Part shown: piece after piece, positions 9,441 through 18,465 of the stretch
How positions within the stretch are numbered: position 1 is the stretch's first letter
Layout of the letters: every line of letters begins with the position of its first letter
Origin: Bdellovibrionota bacterium
GTDB taxonomy: Bacteria > Bdellovibrionota_C > UBA2361 > CALJRW01
Direction of reading: 5' to 3'
DNA: 64,000 nt
Assembly: GCA_041740355.1 (NCBI GenBank)
Contig: JBGSMD010000046.1
Coordinates: 64,001-128,000, forward strand
The notes under the pieces: model-generated
Database searches by the model: none
Seen by the model: the letters and a program-made list of their open reading frames with translations, nothing else
What the model was told of the DNA's origin: nothing
Program-made: the position numbers and the translations under genes

Positions 9441-10499
9441 TCACTTGGAATCTGTTTTTTTATATCCAACAAGTTCAACATAAGCCTGTCCGGTGACTTG
9501 ATTGCTTTGATAGACAAGACTTCTTCCTTCCCAGTATGTTACACTTAAATCTTTACTGGTAAATTCTTGATTGGCTAAAGTAGGCTTAATTGTTAGATCG
9601 AGATTAAACTTGGGTACCTTTATCTTCCAGAGTGCCGGATAAGAAATCTGCGTTTCGCTACTTTTCCAATAATCTAAGACCTCAATTTGATAATCATTAA
9701 GATCTAAATTTTCTTTAATACCAGAATGATTGATGAATGACCCTTTAGAATAATTCGTAACATTTCCAGCAGCGTCTTTTAAATAGTACAACATGAGTTC
9801 AGTATTATTATCTAACTGAATTGCAAACCAATCCCAGCCGGCTTCTTGTCGATTAACAGTTTTGCCCATTACCTCATGGTCCATCCAGACCTTAGCAGTG
9901 ATCGGATAATTTTGATGATTTAAAATTAACTCGCCTTCGCCTTGAAGGTTACTAAAGCTCGTGTACAACGAGGCACTCCCGTTCTCTTTACTTTTAGCAC
10001 TGAATCCATCTGCCCCTTGGAGAATCACCGGTTTCTTTGGTTGGAGGACTAGGTTAAGTTGATAATTTGGTAAGTTAATAGAAAGACTTAGTTGATCCTT
10101 AATCAGCTTGATTCGATGATTTAAAGCAGAGATATCTAGAGTTTCCGACGAGCTTTTAACTAAATCAAAATTTTCTCTAATTAATTCTTCTTGATGATAA
10201 TATTTATTATCCTGATCGTCTGTTAACGCTGTATGTACGATGAAGACATTCTTTGATTTCCAAGGCGAATCACTAACTCTAAAATCATCAAGACCTACTC
10301 TAAAAACTGTTATCTCGAAGCCAAAAGTTCTGTTTTCATTAGCAGTTAAATGTCCAGTAAAATACCACCACTCCATCGGATAGTTGTCATGACTACCGTG
10401 GTCTTTTGGAAAACTGAATTGATAGTCAGGTTTCACAGTTTGATATTCAGCAAGACAATTGCTTGATAATAATATTATAAATAATATACGTAATAACAT
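9441..10499 (-). CDS. AttH/CrtC-like lipocalin-fold secreted protein
   Basis: Signal peptide, FPKDHGSH, EWWYFTG, WMDHE, GWDWF, YWEG, YVELVGY. Confidence 0.88.
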   Translation of the reverse strand: MLLRILFIILLSSNCLAEYQTVKPDYQFSFPKDHGSHDNYPMEWWYFTGHLTANENRTFGFEITVFRVGLDDFRVSDSPWKSKNVFIVHTALTDDQDNKYYHQEELIRENFDLVKSSSETLDISALNHRIKLIKDQLSLSINLPNYQLNLVLQPKKPVILQGADGFSAKSKENGSASLYTSFSNLQGEGELILNHQNYPITAKVWMDHEVMGKTVNRQEAGWDWFAIQLDNNTELMLYYLKDAAGNVTNYSKGSFINHSGIKENLDLNDYQIEVLDYWKSSETQISYPALWKIKVPKFNLDLTIKPTLANQEFTSKDLSVTYWEGRSLVYQSNQVTGQAYVELVGYKKTDSK

Positions 10500-10500
10500 C

Positions 10501-12903
10501 TTATTCGAATTTAAGTTGAGTAGAATCAGTTTTAAATTTTAAAAATCTAATTGCATAAGCAAGAAGCAAGGGAATCGTAATAATTCCAGTAATTAGTTTA
10601 AGTGAGGTTTGAAATTTAATACTCCAGCCAAAATAATTAGGATTAACAATAAATACTAAATAGTAAGCAAATAATAAGCCCAGAGTAACGCCAAGTAAGA
10701 TGCTTAAACCGACAATCAACAATGATTCAAAACTAATAATTTTAGAAATCTGTTTGGAATTAGCACCGATCGCTTTTAAAGCAGCAAAGTTTCTTGCTTG
10801 ATCAATGAGTAGTAATTTAAGATTTGTAATTAGATTGAGTAAAGAAATAATTAAGCTAATTAGTAGAATATTATAAGTTAAACTGAAAGTACTATCAAAA
10901 ATTTCTAAAATTTCCTGCTTTATTTTTTGATTATTAGTAACTAAAAACTTCATCTCCGACTTAGCTAATTGATTGATAAATTGATTAACTTTCTCTGGGC
11001 TTTTTGAAGACTTATTAAGAAAAATTGAAACAACATTAGGTTGTTGCTGCTTAGTAATATCACTAAACTTTTGAAAGTTAATAGTGACTGTTCCGAACTC
11101 TGATTTGTAGTCAATGTAGCTTCCCAGGATTTTAAATTTGACTAGTTTATTTTGAAAACTAAAACTAATTTGATCGTTAACATGCAACTTATGTTTTCTT
11201 AGAAAATTTTCAGAGACAAAAGCTCCATTAGGATTAATCTTTTTGGGTAGCTTTTCTTTGAAAACGTATTTTTCTGTTAGGTTTATAAAGGGAGTACCAA
11301 TTAATGTTACAGGTTGATTGTTATATTCCAGATCAAGAAACGTAGCATAATCGATACTCTCAATCTCAGGATTTTTTAATAGTTCTTCTAGGAAACTATT
11401 GGGAAAATATGCTTGATCCTGAGTCATGAAGTTTTTGGACATTGTTAGATAAACATCGGCATTAATAACTTTGTTAATCCACTGGTCTACTGTCACACGA
11501 AAGCTGAAAATCATTGTGCCAATTCCTACAATCATCGCAACAGAAATACTAATTGCAGCAATCGTGGCGGATTGTCGTTTTAAATTTGAGCTAAAATGAT
11601 CAAAAACATAGGCAGTCGTTAAATTCCAACTTTTAGCAGGTAAGAGCTTAATAAGACTTGGAAGGATTAGAATTAAACTCAGAATAATTAAACTAGGCGG
11701 AACAAATAACCATAAGTCTTTTAACTCGAAGATAATTGGTATTGCCGCAATAAACAATAAAACTAAGCCTAAATAAAAATATCCTGGTACCTTATTACTA
11801 AATATTTGTTCTGAATTTTCTTTGGAGAGACTATACTTTATTGATAATTTTAAGGCCTCTCGGCTTGGTAAATAGCAGGCAACCAAGCCAGTAAAGAAAG
11901 TTGCCAAGCTAGTTAGTACGACTGTTTTCCAAGAAGGGAATAGCAATTGATCATTTTGATATTTATACAAAGTTTCTAAAGAACGTTGAAAGTAGATTTG
12001 TGAAAAATTTGCTAAGCAGATACTAAAAATAATTCCTGTGAGAATTGCTGTCGTGATTATTAGGATCGCTTCGAGGTAGATGATCAATTGGATCTGTCTT
12101 GGTCTGGCACCTAGCGTTCTAAGAATTCCAAAATCTGGACCTCGAATATTTGTGAGGTATGAAAAAATATTATAAATGATCAAAACACTTAAACCGATGG
12201 CAATTGCTGCCATGAAATTCAAATTCGCCCGCAGTGCTCTAGTTAAATCTGCTGCGGCTGATTTCATTTGAAAGTTATTCTTAACTGAGTAGTCATTGCC
12301 AAGAAAGCTGACTAGCTCTGCTTCCGAACATTCTCTGACAATTAAGTAGTCCACAGTTTCGTAATTTTTTGTGACATCTTGGAAGGTTGCGATGTCCGTA
12401 ATAAAGTTGTTACTTTTAAGGAGATGACTAAAGTTCTTCTTGATCCGGAGGGGGCGGACATTTGCGCGTTGTTTATTGCCATCAATCTCCAAAAGCTCTT
12501 CTGTTGGATTAGGACTTAAGCTGTAGAATATTGGTAGATTGCTGAAATTCTCTTGCTGGGTGCTTAGGTTTAATAGAAAAAGATCCGTTCCAATTAAAGT
12601 TTTTGCAATTCGATTCTCAGTATAAATCGTTCTAGTACTAATAGGAGTGATTAAGGAACTAGGAAATCTTCTTTTAATTTGAGAGTAGAGTTCATTTGCT
12701 ACCGGTGCACCAGATAATGACCTAACTACTAACTGCTCATTTGTAAAAAGTAGGTTGGTTTCATTCTTATAGTTCTGAATAATATTTTCATTAATTGTTA
12801 ATACTGTAGCTAAGATTGCGACCCCTAGCGTTAAGCTGATAATAGTTAGAAAATACTTAAAAATATTATGTCTGATATAGGAAAGGGCATAGAGTAATGG
12901 CAT
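10501..12903 (-). CDS. ABC transporter permease, duplicated MacB/FtsX type (AttFG-like)
   Basis: 800 aa; two FtsX repeats (LRTLGA, LKAIGA) with periplasmic domains. Confidence 0.88.
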   Translation of the reverse strand: MPLLYALSYIRHNIFKYFLTIISLTLGVAILATVLTINENIIQNYKNETNLLFTNEQLVVRSLSGAPVANELYSQIKRRFPSSLITPISTRTIYTENRIAKTLIGTDLFLLNLSTQQENFSNLPIFYSLSPNPTEELLEIDGNKQRANVRPLRIKKNFSHLLKSNNFITDIATFQDVTKNYETVDYLIVRECSEAELVSFLGNDYSVKNNFQMKSAAADLTRALRANLNFMAAIAIGLSVLIIYNIFSYLTNIRGPDFGILRTLGARPRQIQLIIYLEAILIITTAILTGIIFSICLANFSQIYFQRSLETLYKYQNDQLLFPSWKTVVLTSLATFFTGLVACYLPSREALKLSIKYSLSKENSEQIFSNKVPGYFYLGLVLLFIAAIPIIFELKDLWLFVPPSLIILSLILILPSLIKLLPAKSWNLTTAYVFDHFSSNLKRQSATIAAISISVAMIVGIGTMIFSFRVTVDQWINKVINADVYLTMSKNFMTQDQAYFPNSFLEELLKNPEIESIDYATFLDLEYNNQPVTLIGTPFINLTEKYVFKEKLPKKINPNGAFVSENFLRKHKLHVNDQISFSFQNKLVKFKILGSYIDYKSEFGTVTINFQKFSDITKQQQPNVVSIFLNKSSKSPEKVNQFINQLAKSEMKFLVTNNQKIKQEILEIFDSTFSLTYNILLISLIISLLNLITNLKLLLIDQARNFAALKAIGANSKQISKIISFESLLIVGLSILLGVTLGLLFAYYLVFIVNPNYFGWSIKFQTSLKLITGIITIPLLLAYAIRFLKFKTDSTQLKFE

Positions 12904-13547
12904 TAGGCTTGGAGTTGATAATCCTTTAAATGCACAATCTGATCTGCAAAGGATATTAATTCTTGGTTATGGGTGACAACAATTACAGTCTTCTTTTCTT
13001 CAACTGCTAGCTTTTTAAGAATTGTCATTACTTGATATGAGTTCTCCGTATCTAAATTGCCTGTTGGCTCATCGGCTATAATAATATCTGGGTTGTTTAT
13101 TAATGCTCGGGCAATAGCAGCTCTTTGAAGTTCGCCTCCTGAAACTTGATGAGGAAAAGAATCAGCAAGCTGATCAATACCGAGGGTCTTCATTAACTTA
13201 AGGGCGTTATCAGTATTTGCAGGACCAACTAAATAACTTGGAAGTAGAATATTTTTTTTAATACTTAAAGAGTTCAAGAAATTAAAAAATTGAAAAACAA
13301 TTCCAAAATTATTAGCACGAATTACAGCCAACTTATCTTCAGATAATTGGTTAATATTTTCTGATTTAAATGAAACTTCACCTTTGTCCGGCAGATCTAA
13401 TCCTGTAACCAAATTTAATAAGGTGCTTTTTCCAGAACCACTAGGACCAAAAATTAAATACAATTTTTGCGCCTCAAAAGTAAACGTCAGATTATTAAGT
13501 ACCTGACGTTTACCATAAGACTTAGAAACAGCTATGAGTTGCAACAT
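12903..13547 (-). CDS. ABC transporter ATP-binding protein (LolD/MacB type)
   Basis: GPSGSGKST, VSGGELQR, IIADEPTGNLD, VTH. Confidence 0.95.
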   Translation of the reverse strand: MLQLIAVSKSYGKRQVLNNLTFTFEAQKLYLIFGPSGSGKSTLLNLVTGLDLPDKGEVSFKSENINQLSEDKLAVIRANNFGIVFQFFNFLNSLSIKKNILLPSYLVGPANTDNALKLMKTLGIDQLADSFPHQVSGGELQRAAIARALINNPDIIIADEPTGNLDTENSYQVMTILKKLAVEEKKTVIVVTHNQELISFADQIVHLKDYQLQA

Positions 13548-13771
13548 CCTGTTTTCTTTTCAGTTGAACAAGCTCCGCAACCTTTAGTGAAGTTTGCTAA
13601 ACCCATAAAAGTCGGAGCCCAGAGTCCGACAAAAATTCCGAATCTTTCGGCATGCGCGATACTCTCAGCATCAGTACCTTTGCTAAGATACCAAATAGAA
13701 ATCGAACCAATAATTGAAGCCATCGCTAAAATAACACAAAGTAGACTAAATCTTTTACAACATGCTGACAT
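13532..13771 (-). CDS. Small two-helix membrane protein with Cys-rich termini
   Basis: AGGAG RBS; ERFGIFVGLWAPTF; MSACC... and ...GCGACSTEKKTGCCNS; overlaps the ABC ATPase start. Confidence 0.7.
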   Translation of the reverse strand: MSACCKRFSLLCVILAMASIIGSISIWYLSKGTDAESIAHAERFGIFVGLWAPTFMGLANFTKGCGACSTEKKTGCCNS

Positions 13772-13950
13772 AAATTTTCTCCTAATAGTAAAGATCTTTG
13801 AACTAAGACGTCTTAATCTTAATTTAATTACTAATAACTTGATACCAGCAAAGATTTGTCAAAATTGTGGTCGATCATTTGATTTCCGCTCCAAGTGGAA
13901 GAATTGCTGGGAAGAGGTAAGATATTGTTCGGAAAAGTGTCGACAAGTAT

Positions 13951-14036
13951 ATAGTAATGACAAAAAATAATTTACTGCCTGCCTAGCCGAAGCTTCAGCG
14001 AAGGCTGGTTAGTAAATTAAACAGAGTCATTACGGC
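13951..14036. mobile_element. MITE-like element with a REP-like hairpin nested in its loop
   Basis: Left end ATAGTAATGACAAAAAATAATTTAC is 23/25 identical to 57968-57992; stems GTAATGAC/GTCATTAC and TAATTTACT/AGTAAATTA enclose 13980-14010. Confidence 0.65.
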
Positions 14037-14085
14037 TAATGCAAATCTTGAATTCTTGTCGCGCCAAAGCAAAAGCTACGGCGGA
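13983..14085. repeat. Inverted pair of GC-rich REP-like hairpins
   Basis: CTAGCCGAAGCTTCAGCGAAGGCTGG (13983-14008, +) and TCCGCCGTAGCTTTTGCTTTGGCGC (14061-14085, -). Confidence 0.55.
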
Positions 14086-14117
14086 TATCCAAGTTTACAT
14101 AGCTAAATGCAACATAA

Positions 14118-14177
14118 ATAGTGAGTCCAAGCGAAATCCTTAGCTTTTTAAAGTAATTTATTATTTGGACTCACTAT
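14118..14177. mobile_element. MITE-like palindromic element
   Basis: Perfect 13-bp terminal inverted repeat ATAGTGAGTCCAA / TTGGACTCACTAT, 60 nt. Confidence 0.65.
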
Positions 14178-14418
14178 AAAGAGTCCAGAGTCAATTTTTG
14201 GAAGCAAGAGATATTAATAAGTTGTAACTCTAATACTTCAATTTGTCCCTCGCAAATTGCAAGAAAGGCTCTACCCGAGGCTTGAAAAGAGCACATGGAA
14301 TTTTTGGGACAAGCTGCCCGTTTGCTTGTACACGAAGGAGATATCGTAATACTTCAAGGTAATAAAATTGTGAATCCTAGCGAGTTTAAGGCACCAATAC
14401 GATTAAAGTTAAAATAGT

Positions 14419-15549
14419 ATGCTTAGATCAACAAGTACTTTATTATCAGATTTAAATCTTAGTGGACTGGCCGACATTCTTAGTAGACTGAACTTAGCGA
14501 GCTATCACCAAACAAGAAATTATTTAGATGGCGCTGTTTCTGGGTTATCACCGCTAATTACTCACGGGGCTATTACAATACCTGATATCATAGATAACTT
14601 AGAAAAGTTTCCTCTTAAAGATCGTGCTGGATTCATCTTTCAACTTGGATGGCGAGAGTATTTTCAAAAGATATGGCAAGATTATAATCCACTTGAAGAA
14701 TTAAGAGATAACTATAAAAAGAAATTATTTTCTGGTGTTCCGATCCCGATTATAGAGCGAAATACAGGTCTGGAAATAATTGATCAAGAATTATCAACGT
14801 TAATCAGTACTGGCTATATTCATAACCATTCACGTTTATGGATTGCTAGTTTGACCACTCATATCTATCAGGGAAATTGGAAGGACTCGGCTACTTGGAT
14901 GTATTATCATTTACTTGATGGTTGCCCCGCCAGTAATTTTCTTTCCTGGCAATGGGTTTACGGAAGCTTTAGCAGTAAGCCATATTTGTTTAATCAAGAT
15001 AACTTAAATAAATATTCCAAATCTAATCAGATGAGAACATTTATTGATTGTGATTACTCGGTAATTCCAAATTTGAAATTATCGGTTCCGATGAAACCAT
15101 TTGTGACTGAAAGTTTAATCGACGAGTGTCAACTTGCATTAATGAGTCTTTCGACAATAAAAAAGGAGCAAATTGTTAAGTCATCTGAGATTCTATTGTA
15201 CTCAATTTTTACTCTTGATGCTAATTGGAGGTCTGAATCTTCCGGATTAAGAGTCTTGTGGTTAGATCCAAAGTTTTTTTATGAGTATCCGATTAGTCCA
15301 AAGAGAGTAGAATTTATCCAAAGTTTAATAAACAGAATTCCAAATCTATCTGTTTATTATGGGGAACTGTTAGAAGATGACTTAACTCACCAAAAAGTAT
15401 TTTTAAAAGATCATCCGATATTTAAAGAATGGAAGATTAAAAAGGATACCGATAGTTACATTCTTCCGGATGTCACTGTTAGCAAAGATCGCAGTTATTT
15501 TTGGTATTGGAAAAGAATTGCCAAGCAATTAGGAATTAATTACCCTTAG
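14419..15549 (+). CDS. Short photolyase with N-terminal FAD-binding domain (inverted-topology, NewPHL-like)
   Basis: SGLSPLITHG, QLGWREYF, GYIHNHSRLW, LLDGCPASNFLSWQW within the first 180 aa; 376 aa total. Confidence 0.8.
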   Translation: MLRSTSTLLSDLNLSGLADILSRLNLASYHQTRNYLDGAVSGLSPLITHGAITIPDIIDNLEKFPLKDRAGFIFQLGWREYFQKIWQDYNPLEELRDNYKKKLFSGVPIPIIERNTGLEIIDQELSTLISTGYIHNHSRLWIASLTTHIYQGNWKDSATWMYYHLLDGCPASNFLSWQWVYGSFSSKPYLFNQDNLNKYSKSNQMRTFIDCDYSVIPNLKLSVPMKPFVTESLIDECQLALMSLSTIKKEQIVKSSEILLYSIFTLDANWRSESSGLRVLWLDPKFFYEYPISPKRVEFIQSLINRIPNLSVYYGELLEDDLTHQKVFLKDHPIFKEWKIKKDTDSYILPDVTVSKDRSYFWYWKRIAKQLGINYP

Positions 15550-16329
15550 TAGTTGGTCATGAACTAGGCCATTACTAATCAGGCCTGGTTTGGTAGAATT
15601 TCTTAAGACAAATGGACTTCCATCAAAGCTACTACATTTTCCACCGGCTTCTTCTACGATTAATACCATGGCAGCAATGTCATAGGCATTATAACCCATG
15701 ATGGTGTAAGCTACGGCATTGCCTAAGGCGACAGTAGCAGCTTCACAAACAGCGGCACCAAAGTTTCTAGTTCGCCCTACTTCCGGCATTAGTTTTTTAA
15801 CCATAGCAAACCAATTTTTATTATACTCATCTTGAGCAGTTAGGGTTTTGCCTAAGTTTAATCCATTATTGATCACCATTGCTGTTTTTAAGTCAGAGTA
15901 TTTGCTGACCGCAAGTTTTTGATCATTACAAAATGCGCCATGGCCTTTTAATGCTGAAAAAAACTGGTTCATCATGGGGCAATCTACAACTCCTAGTTGC
16001 AGCACACCTTCGTATTCCATCGCGATAGAAACTCCCCAAAGTGGCAGCCCCGCAGCATAATTGGCAGTACCGTCAATTGGATCAACGTGCCATTGATAAG
16101 GGCTGGAGGTATTGAAGTCGACTCCTTCCTCAGTTACTAGTCCATGAGTTGGAAAGTGTTTTAGGATTTCTTCGCGAATTAAAATATCGCAAGCTAGATC
16201 AGCCTCTGTTACTAAGTCCTTGGGATTTTTTTCAATAATTTGATTGAGCTTTGGACGCATTGAAACAGCAAGTTTACCTGCAACCTGAGCAATATTTTTT
16301 GCAACAATAAATTCTTGGTTGAAATCCAT
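15529..16329 (-). CDS. suhB: Inositol monophosphatase family protein
   Basis: DLVTEAD, TEE, VDPIDGTANY, AYDIAA..LIVEEAGG. Confidence 0.85.
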   Translation of the reverse strand: MDFNQEFIVAKNIAQVAGKLAVSMRPKLNQIIEKNPKDLVTEADLACDILIREEILKHFPTHGLVTEEGVDFNTSSPYQWHVDPIDGTANYAAGLPLWGVSIAMEYEGVLQLGVVDCPMMNQFFSALKGHGAFCNDQKLAVSKYSDLKTAMVINNGLNLGKTLTAQDEYNKNWFAMVKKLMPEVGRTRNFGAAVCEAATVALGNAVAYTIMGYNAYDIAAMVLIVEEAGGKCSSFDGSPFVLRNSTKPGLISNGLVHDQLLRVINS

Positions 16330-16361
16330 AAGCTTTTCCAGATAAATGATTAGAGTTGATA

Positions 16362-17372
16362 CTAGTTTACTAGTTTCGTTTTTTTCTTAGCAGTATATTT
16401 AAGTTTTTCAGTATAAACCAATTTATAATTTTTGATTGTGGCTTTCATGATCTGTTCAAATGCTTTCATCTCACCATTCGGACGATAAAGTACTTTCCCC
16501 GGTTTAGAGTTCATTTCAATCATATAGGCTCTACCATTTGGATCTAACATAAAATCAGCAGTTAGCATGCTATAAGGATATTTATTGATTACTTTCTCAA
16601 CGAGAATCCAAGCTTTCAGTACTGCCTGGGGAACTTCTGATTTTTTAAGAATCATCATTTTTGCACCACGAGAAAAATTAGAGAACAAGCTACCGTTAGT
16701 GGCTACCCGAGTATAATAATGAAGCACTTCTCCATTTGCATAGACTACACGATAGTCCTGAACTGGGTGTTTAGTAGTGATAAATTCTTGAAGTAAGTAA
16801 TTTGGTTTAATATCTAATTTTAAGGCATCCTTCTTTAAAAGGATCTCAACGTTTTTAGCACTGCTTCCTTCTCGGGGCTTAATTACTACTTTCTCTGAGT
16901 TGATTAAATTTATTTTTGCTTTTAGTTCCTCATTTGAATTGATTAAAATAGTCTTTGGGTAGAGTGCTTTAAATTTCAAATAGTTTTTGTACTTATCAAC
17001 TAGTAACATTTCCAAGTCGAAAGGATTGGCGGCAAACATTTTCTTCTTGGCGAAGAATTTTTTAAAGGGCATCAGTTTTGGTTTGTTTACTGATAAGTCA
17101 TGAATAATATCAGCTTTGATATCAGAGACACGAATCCAACCCATCAGTGGATCAAGATACCACGCCTTAGTGAATAGTCCTGTTTTCGTATCATACCAGC
17201 GATAGTCAGCGCGTATAATGCTGATGTTTTCTTTTTTGGCAAAAGGAATAAATTGTTGATAGTAAAACTCTGATTCTTTTTTGTAGATTCCCATTCTAGC
17301 GAAGATTGGATTGGTCCACTTCATAACAACGCAATTTGCTACAGTAAATGGTGGTAATTTATTCTGGTTCAT
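16362..17372 (-). CDS. ATP-grasp ligase (RimK/YheC-like)
   Basis: VVIKPREGS, LLQEFI, DYRV, SNFSRGA, ADFM, IEMNSKPG. Confidence 0.8.
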   Translation of the reverse strand: MNQNKLPPFTVANCVVMKWTNPIFARMGIYKKESEFYYQQFIPFAKKENISIIRADYRWYDTKTGLFTKAWYLDPLMGWIRVSDIKADIIHDLSVNKPKLMPFKKFFAKKKMFAANPFDLEMLLVDKYKNYLKFKALYPKTILINSNEELKAKINLINSEKVVIKPREGSSAKNVEILLKKDALKLDIKPNYLLQEFITTKHPVQDYRVVYANGEVLHYYTRVATNGSLFSNFSRGAKMMILKKSEVPQAVLKAWILVEKVINKYPYSMLTADFMLDPNGRAYMIEMNSKPGKVLYRPNGEMKAFEQIMKATIKNYKLVYTEKLKYTAKKKTKLVN

Positions 17373-17533
17373 TGATTTAGAGTTTTAACTTTTGTTACTT
17401 CTGGAAGACTATAATCGAGCGCTCCTCTAGTACCTATTACTAGATTATTTAGCTCCGCTTGCAAGATGCTAATTCGCTTTTGGTATTTAAGGTCTGTAAG
17501 GCCATTTGTTATTTGGTAGGGGTCGGCTAACAT
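17369..17533 (-). CDS. Small ORF or gene remnant translationally coupled to the ATP-grasp gene
   Basis: Stop overlaps the ATP-grasp start (ATGA); no recognised motif; start uncertain. Confidence 0.3.
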   Translation of the reverse strand: MLADPYQITNGLTDLKYQKRISILQAELNNLVIGTRGALDYSLPEVTKVKTLNQ

Positions 17534-17646
17534 ATTATAATACTCTAAAATCAAAGCCTAGATCCTCAGAAATCAATAAAAGTACGTTCGGTAACTTTTC
17601 TGCTAAGGTAACATTGGCAATAAAAAGTATGAGAATAGCTAAATAT

Positions 17647-18465
17647 TTAAACAATATGACTACTATTATTAAAATCTAACTCCTGGACTAATTTAATATT
17701 CTGTAGCAGATGTTCGGGATTTATGGTGCCAGCAACAAGGCTTTTCACTCCTTGATGTTGAAGGGCTGCTTGAAAACATTTTCTTAAGCTTGTCTGGGGA
17801 CTCTTAGAATCTAAATGTCCTGATAATAACCCCTTTTTAACAGTGATAGATTTTCCTAAAAACTCAGCATTCTCGATTACGGATAGGTGCTCTTGGTAAT
17901 CAGGATTGAATGGAATCATTGCTATATCCGAATTTTCTAAAGCGAAAAGTCCACCAGCAACAGAGTGAGTGGATGCTCCATAAGATCTAATTAGGCCTTT
18001 CTTTTTAAGTTCTGCTAAGGTTTCTAAAGCAGCACTTGTTTGCATTGTTTCTAAATCATTCCGTGGCAAGTGTAGTAATACTGTATCTAGGTAGTCAGTC
18101 TTTAAGCGCTTAAGACTGCGCTCAATGCTAAAGATTAAATGTTCTTTAGAAAAATTATAAGTAGAATTTTCACCATCAAATTCTTCGCCAACTTTTGTAG
18201 AAAGTATAAACTCTGTGCGTTTTCCGACAAGGAGTTTGCCAATTCTTTCTTCGGCAATTCCATAAGCGGGAGCTAGATCGATTAAATTAATTCCATGTTC
18301 TAAGCAGATGGTGATTAACTTTAAAACTGTAGCATCGTCAGGTAAAGGAAAACCATCTGGTGTTTTGTTTTTCACCATGAAATTTCTACCAACCTTTACT
18401 GTGCCCCAGCTTAGTACCGACACTTCGATTCCAGTATTGCCTAGTTGACGCTTTGCTATTGCCAT
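17647..18465 (-). CDS. Aldo/keto reductase
   Basis: RQLGNTGIEVS, GINLIDLAPAYG, STKVG, SLKRLKTDYLD; GGAGG RBS before ATG 18465. Confidence 0.92.
   Translation of the reverse strand: MAIAKRQLGNTGIEVSVLSWGTVKVGRNFMVKNKTPDGFPLPDDATVLKLITICLEHGINLIDLAPAYGIAEERIGKLLVGKRTEFILSTKVGEEFDGENSTYNFSKEHLIFSIERSLKRLKTDYLDTVLLHLPRNDLETMQTSAALETLAELKKKGLIRSYGASTHSVAGGLFALENSDIAMIPFNPDYQEHLSVIENAEFLGKSITVKKGLLSGHLDSKSPQTSLRKCFQAALQHQGVKSLVAGTINPEHLLQNIKLVQELDFNNSSHIV

Larger units (their letters stand above)
13838..14417 (+). pseudogene. Disrupted DUF2256 + DUF3253 gene (or gene pair)
   Basis: KICQNCGRSFDFRSKWKNCWEEVRYCSEKCR (DUF2256 pattern), then repeats at 13951-14177, then in the same frame KESRVNFWKQEILISCNSNTSICPSQIARKALPEA*KEHMEFLGQAARLLVHEGDIVILQGNKIVNPSEFKAPIRLKLK* (DUF3253 pattern, TGA at 14283); start approximate. 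Confidence 0.7.

Noticed and set aside
13467-13837. N-terminal 120 aa of the 167-aa ORF 13467-13970
   Set aside because: Antisense to the ABC ATPase start and to the 79-aa gene with a strong RBS; only the DUF2256-like 3' end looks real
14283-14285. TGA at an expected Trp position suggesting UGA recoding
   Set aside because: TGA is a normal stop elsewhere (ATGA/TGATG couplings at 32141-32146, 33734-33737, 62007-62010), conserved Trp residues use TGG, and the gene is also broken by insertions
16362-17554. Graspetide (microviridin-type) RiPP cluster
   Set aside because: No TxKYPSD-like core or PFFARFL-like leader in the short ORF; kept only as a low-interest note
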